A DNA stretch of 63,293 nucleotides, counting the filler, from Cladosporium halotolerans (taxonomy: Eukaryota): NCBI RefSeq assembly GCF_011745625.1. It is 10 parts of 10 records of this genome, joined end to end, with 100 filler letters (N's around TTAATTAATTAA, not from the genome) between each part and the next. Parts side by side here need not be neighbours in the genome. Positions count along the whole stretch, not along the records: positions 57,248 to 63,293 come from NW_027191658.1; 9 more parts are not named here. One strand, 5' to 3'. The translations under genes were made by a program, and so were the position numbers. The notes beneath the pieces were generated by a model. It made no database searches, was not told where the DNA came from, and saw nothing but the letters and a program-made list of their open reading frames with translations. Each line of letters starts with the position of its first letter. Position 1 is the first letter of the stretch. Below are positions 58,569 to 63,293 of the stretch, piece after piece.

Positions 58569-59999
58569 TCAGCTTCTACTATTTCGCCACTCCGTGGGCT
58601 TAGTCTTGTTGAAGTCCCCGTCGAAAAGAAAGATGGTAAAGGATCCGTTCAGAGCTCCGGCGTCAAGTTGAATGCTGGCGAAATGCTTCGTCAGCTTGAT
58701 TTGAGGACCGGCCGCCTGGCCGTCATCGAGCCGTAACATAGAACCGTGAACTTCGTCAGTTTTCTTGGCCAAGCCGCCGAGGACCTCTTGATCTGGCCCA
58801 GCGACTGAAGTTCCCGCAGTATGGAGGCCGTTGATCACGGATGTCACGTTCTCCTCGCCGAGGCCTTCGTACGTGTAGTTCAGCGCACGTGTGGAACGCA
58901 AGGCGTTGGAAGTCCAGAATCCGCTCTTTGCACGCGACCGGAAGGGCTGAAGGCTGGTGTTCCCATCCGTGACCGTACCGGAAGTGTACAACATGGAAGA
59001 AGCGGCTTCCACAGATTGAAAAACCCACTCATCTGTGTAGACGGCTTGATAGATGGCGAGTATCCGGTCCACATTTGTGTGATGCAGCCAGAAAATAGGA
59101 TCAAAAGCCGCTTGTGAGACGACACTCATGTGACCTCCGACAAGAACATGCACGTGGTCGTGTATCGCCTCCAAATTGCTGGGGTTCAGACTTTTTGTCC
59201 CCTTGCTGGCACCATCGAGCCTGGCTTCGGTGCTGAAGTCTGGATAGGTCTGAGCAGATGACAGCGCAGCCCAAAGATCAGCACGCAGCTGAATGATGTC
59301 ACTGACGGCAAAATTTGGCCGTCTGGCTGTTTCGTTGGCGTTCATGAAGCTGTGATCTTCATTTGGTCTGAACAATAGCTCTTCAGGGGATTGGTGATGT
59401 TCGCACGACCTGTGGGAGTACTGACGAGCACTTCTTGGTCGGTGAACACTCGAGGGAAAGAGTCTGCAGTTTCCAAAGGAAGCTTGGCCCAGTCCTAGAA
59501 TGGCAGTCTGAGATGTTGGGCAGCTCGTACATAACGGCCACGTTCATCGCCGGTGAACTGCTTGGCTACGGACATCGCATTCAGCAACAGCGCCTGCTCT
59601 AAGAGCGCCATATAAGCGCGATGCCAGGTTGGGAACAAGGTCGACTGGTGGGTGCAGTACCGTGAGGAGGTGCAGCCATCGCACGGCTCGTTGTTGTCCC
59701 TAGCAACATACGGCTGGCCGTGGATGGCAGCAATTTGGTAGTATGACATGAGATCGCTCGCGTCCACCTCTTTGAACCGGGCGAGACCGAGAGATATATG
59801 TTCCATTCATCTTCATTTTCTCGCAACGCATGGATTTCTCTTCGATAGCCGGCGCCATCGCTAGCGGATCCGGCTATTGGAACAAAAGTTTGGTTCCGGG
59901 TGGAGAGAATCTGGTCGGGTAAGGATACGTGTGCTGACTGAGCAGAGCAGCAAGTTGCGAGGGTCAGTAAAAGAGCCGCCTCCCAAAAAAAAAAAACAT
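58569..59999 (-). pseudogene. Secreted tyrosinase, multiply disabled
   Basis: CuA IAAIHGQPY...YCTHQSTLFPTWHRAY; CuB LEAIHDHVH...AAFDPIFWLHHTNVDR. Frameshifts near 59990, 59795 and 59375; LPF*DW stop at 59495-59497. Degenerate C-terminal domain may extend below 58569. Confidence 0.88.
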
Positions 60000-60679
60000 T
60001 GCTGCAACCGCGTAGAGAGTGATCTTCGTATTGACGTAGCCTGATGGAAGTATTAAGGTGAAGTCTCGCAGTAGGCTCTCGTGAAGAAGCGCCAGAGTTT
60101 CTGAGCGAACGTTGGCCCGAGTCGATGGCGTTATGAGCCTTTCGCCGAAACTGCCAGTAGACCAAAGCAGCACGAGCAGGCATGAGGAAAGACAGACTTT
60201 AAATCAGATCTGCCTGAGTGAGACCCTACCCATTTATGGCATCGAGGGAAGATGCAAAAAGCGGATTCATGCGTCATGTCCGGCAACACGTTGCAAGGGT
60301 GTTGTTGTACGAATGAGCCGAGTCTTCTCCGTCCTATTCTTCACAACTACAAAGTCAGATGAGGATCACAAGCGCAGTTTTCCAATGGCGGGGCCACGGC
60401 CTACAGGCGTAAGACCTCTCGTCCTCCATCTGTCGATAGACAGCGTGCACCAAAGCCATGCTGCTGCGCGGTTACATTGCTGGTGTCCACGTCTCAACAA
60501 AAAATCCGGCCCACGAACGCATTATCACCCCCCATCTCTGATATGGTTTGCTTGGCTATGTCGGCACACTTATTCTGCCACATCATTCGTAATTAGCGGT
60601 CCTGAGTGGGAAAAACACCACATAAAAATTCGCCCGAGAGTCCTGACGAGATGCGGTCTTCGAGTCTCATGTGCAAGAT

Positions 60680-61130
60680 GTGAAGAGCGACAGCTGGCGA
60701 AAGAAAAACTCCGTCAGCGTCGCTCTCGCAACGAACACAAGGAAAAGGATCGAGATTTGCTGACTACCCTGCCCTTGAAAAGCCCCGCTCTTCTAGCAGG
60801 CCTACAAGTGCTTCGGAAGACTCCGCGCCCGGGGGAGGGCCACGAGTGTCAAAACCTTCGCAGTGGTTTTGTTCTTGACCGCGTATTACTACTAGTGTCC
60901 AGTGCGCTATTTCCACTAAATAAAGCGGAAGAAGGAACAGGCTGGGTCTGGCATTCGACTCCAATATCGATTGAACATTGTCGGACGCTCTGTCTGTCTC
61001 AAGCACTCGCGCAGGGGCGACTTGAAATATCAATGGATTCGGATTGAATGACCGTAAAATTTCGTCGACAGATTCAGCCATCGATCGCTTCTAGGACGGA
61101 ACCTCATCGTCGAGCGGCCTTGTCTGATGG
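60680..61130 (-). pseudogene. Ulp1/C48-like cysteine protease remnant
   Basis: FRPRSDRWLN-like segment, then LFLLPLYLVEIAHWTLVVI...EGFDT, a stop, and DADGVF where DCGVF is expected. Broken frames. Confidence 0.45.
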
Positions 61131-63293
61131 TCCACATAGGTGGTAGATGTTTGCGCAGGAAGCCCACGGCCAGCAGCTGCAACAGAATGGTGTTCAGAAT
61201 TGTTGCCTTCAGATACTTCGAAATAGCTGGCGCTTCGACGCACCTTGAGAGCGCTTCGGGTCTGTTCCGATATCTGCTGACAGCAATGCAGGATCCTGTG
61301 AACGAGATGATGCTGTTAGATCTGACATGCGTTCTGCTGTCAAAGTAGGTGTTCCCGGATCACTATGCGAACAAGGGGAGCTTGAGTTGATGATTTCGAA
61401 CAAAGAAGCAGCCACACTGCTTTCAGATTGTATACTTTTACCGAGCTGTGCCGCAGTCCTGGTTTTTCCCGCATTGATGGTCTGCTGCAGTGTATTGATG
61501 CTTTGTGATTTCCTGTCTCTATGCACCGTTGGCGGGACTTCGACTTCAAAGCGCGGTCCTGATCAGGCAAGGGATCCACCAGTGTTCGAAAGTCGGCTAC
61601 AACCCAAGGATTTTGGTTGATGGTCTTCCTCTTCTTGATCTTCCGTTGCTCTCTACTCTTCTCGAGCAAATGCAGTGCGGCCTGCCTGTCTGGCACGTTC
61701 CTCGAGACTTTAGACAACCCGCGCAGAAACTTCTGTGACCAAGCGAAAATTCCAATGAGATCGTGCACATCTTTAGATTCCAGTTTTTACCGTATGCAGC
61801 ATTCCTAGCTCCTTCGAAGTATTGCTGTGTTTCGCCTAGCCTCACACTTCCTGGGTGGTCTCAGGTGTCCCGCTAGGAAGAGGTGCCCCGATTGGGTCCG
61901 AAGTAGCCGTGCTTGAGCTCTATCCTGGAAGAGCGGCGACGGAGGCTCTATGCATGTAGCGGCCTGCGATCGCAGCAATGATGGATCTCAATCTCCTGAG
62001 CCCATTGCGATATTTTTGAACTGACGAGCCAGAAAGTCAGTCCAATCGCAGGCGCACAGCTGAACGTTCTTAACTTGCGGACGGCTTGCTGGAGCCCGAA
62101 AGGGTCAGATTGGAATCCGCCTGGAAGATGTCCCTGAAGCAAAGAATACGGCGAGAATTTGAAACGTGAGCAGACTCTTACATGCTTCACAATCACGCCG
62201 AACATAGATGTAATCCCTAGCAGCCCCATGTGCGACCGCGACAAGTCAAGACGTGAACCAGGAAGTCTGGTGGAGAATTTACAGCCCGCGCTTTTATCGG
62301 CGCTCTCATAATCTGTCGACCTATTCAAGCAGCCATAGAGGCTGCAGAGCGGATAAGTCGTGCCTCAAGCCACATTGGTTTTGTAACCGCCGACGCCCAA
62401 ACTCGCGAAAAGCCTTCTCTTCCAAGCTTTGTGTGCAACCCGGTCGACCTCGACGTGAGCCTTTCCGTGACGAATAGTAAGGCGTATCATCGGCGAAGGA
62501 GTTGTGGTGGCAGTGCGTTGTTGCTCGAGAGTCTTGCAGTGGCTGGTTCGAGGCCTAGATGCATGCCCCTTTTCAGAGAAAGGGACCGCTGTAGGTTGGG
62601 CGGGAAAAGAGCCTATCGAGCGGTGGGCTGAACGATCAGGCTTCGGAACATAGGTTTTGGGCAACAGGCACGCGTGCATCGTAAATGTGCGCTGAGCAAA
62701 CATTGCTACAGTGCGGTTGACTTCATGGGTGCACGGGCGTGGTGCATCGGAGGAAGCAAGATGTTGTGTCAAGGTCGCGGCTTGGGTGGAGCAATGTCGG
62801 CTTTGGCGCGCTTCCCGATCAAAGGCGAATCGCGGGTCGATGAAGCCTGTTTCAGGGGCCATTGCATCGCATCAGAGCGCCACCAAGCGACAACTGCATT
62901 TCCCAGTGCTGCAGGGATGTTAGAACAAGGAGCAGATGCAGAAGCTATAAGATGAAGCGAAAGGCCACAGCGTATCGCTAGACCTGCCTCTGAGCCACTT
63001 TGTGCCAGCAACGCGTGGTCTGGTGGCTGGGAAGTGCGAACCTTGAGAGTGCGTCCTTGGGAATGCGATCCTCGGTAGTGCGATGTGATCCTCAGAACCC
63101 TAAAACAAAATAAGTCAGGATGCTTGGTGCATGTCCACACGTGCCGACCGCGTGCGGGGAAGCGGCCCGGCCCGGCTGCAAGAGGGGCCATCAAGACGCG
63201 TTTGTAGATTAAGGCTGCAGCCTAAAGACTTGGTATCAAGCAAACAGCAGTCAATATGGAAGGTACCGCTCTTTGGGCATGTTCTCACCCATC

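Noticed and set aside
18791..59497. TGA/TAG at Trp positions as recoding or A-to-I-corrected stops
   Set aside because: The same genes carry frameshifts or insertions, and TGA terminates intact genes in this window.
32289..59999. One large secondary-metabolite cluster (PKS, TF, terpene cyclase, tyrosinase)
   Set aside because: The genes lie on different contigs joined artificially.
60112..61047. 311-aa + strand ORF
   Set aside because: Non-ATG start, no motifs, and antisense to the Ulp1-like remnant.

Overview
Filamentous ascomycete nuclear DNA, probably Dothideomycete-like (inferred from gene families and intron signals). The window is not one locus. It is ten ~6-kb contigs (6404, 6402, 6348, 6319, 6315, 6270, 6193, 6050, 6046, 6046 bp, decreasing) joined by artificial 44N-TTAATTAATTAA-44N spacers, so only neighbourhoods within a contig are meaningful. 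Content looks accessory and repeat-flanked. Mobile elements: an intact Fot1/pogo transposon, hAT, Tc1 and LINE remnants, and a small poly(A) retroposon family. Genes: dynamin-like GTPase, DEDDy exonuclease, phenol monooxygenase, several Zn2Cys6 factors, hybrid histidine kinase, Skp1-like and F-box genes, secreted protein, LicD, trehalose synthase, terpene cyclase, MpaB-like oxygenase, PKS tail, GT31 and tyrosinase; many are pseudogenised. Top leads: (1) an ORF with a tyrosine-recombinase-like R/K/RH/H-x8-Y residue set heading co-oriented genes, a candidate non-Starship cargo-carrying element; (2) a frame-restoring [D1,2]/[A2,3] spliceosomal twin intron in the histidine kinase; (3) a divergent Skp1 paralogue linked to an F-box gene; (4) a doubly inactivated terpene cyclase plus MpaB-like oxygenase pair. 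All calls come from reading motifs by eye; no database search was run.
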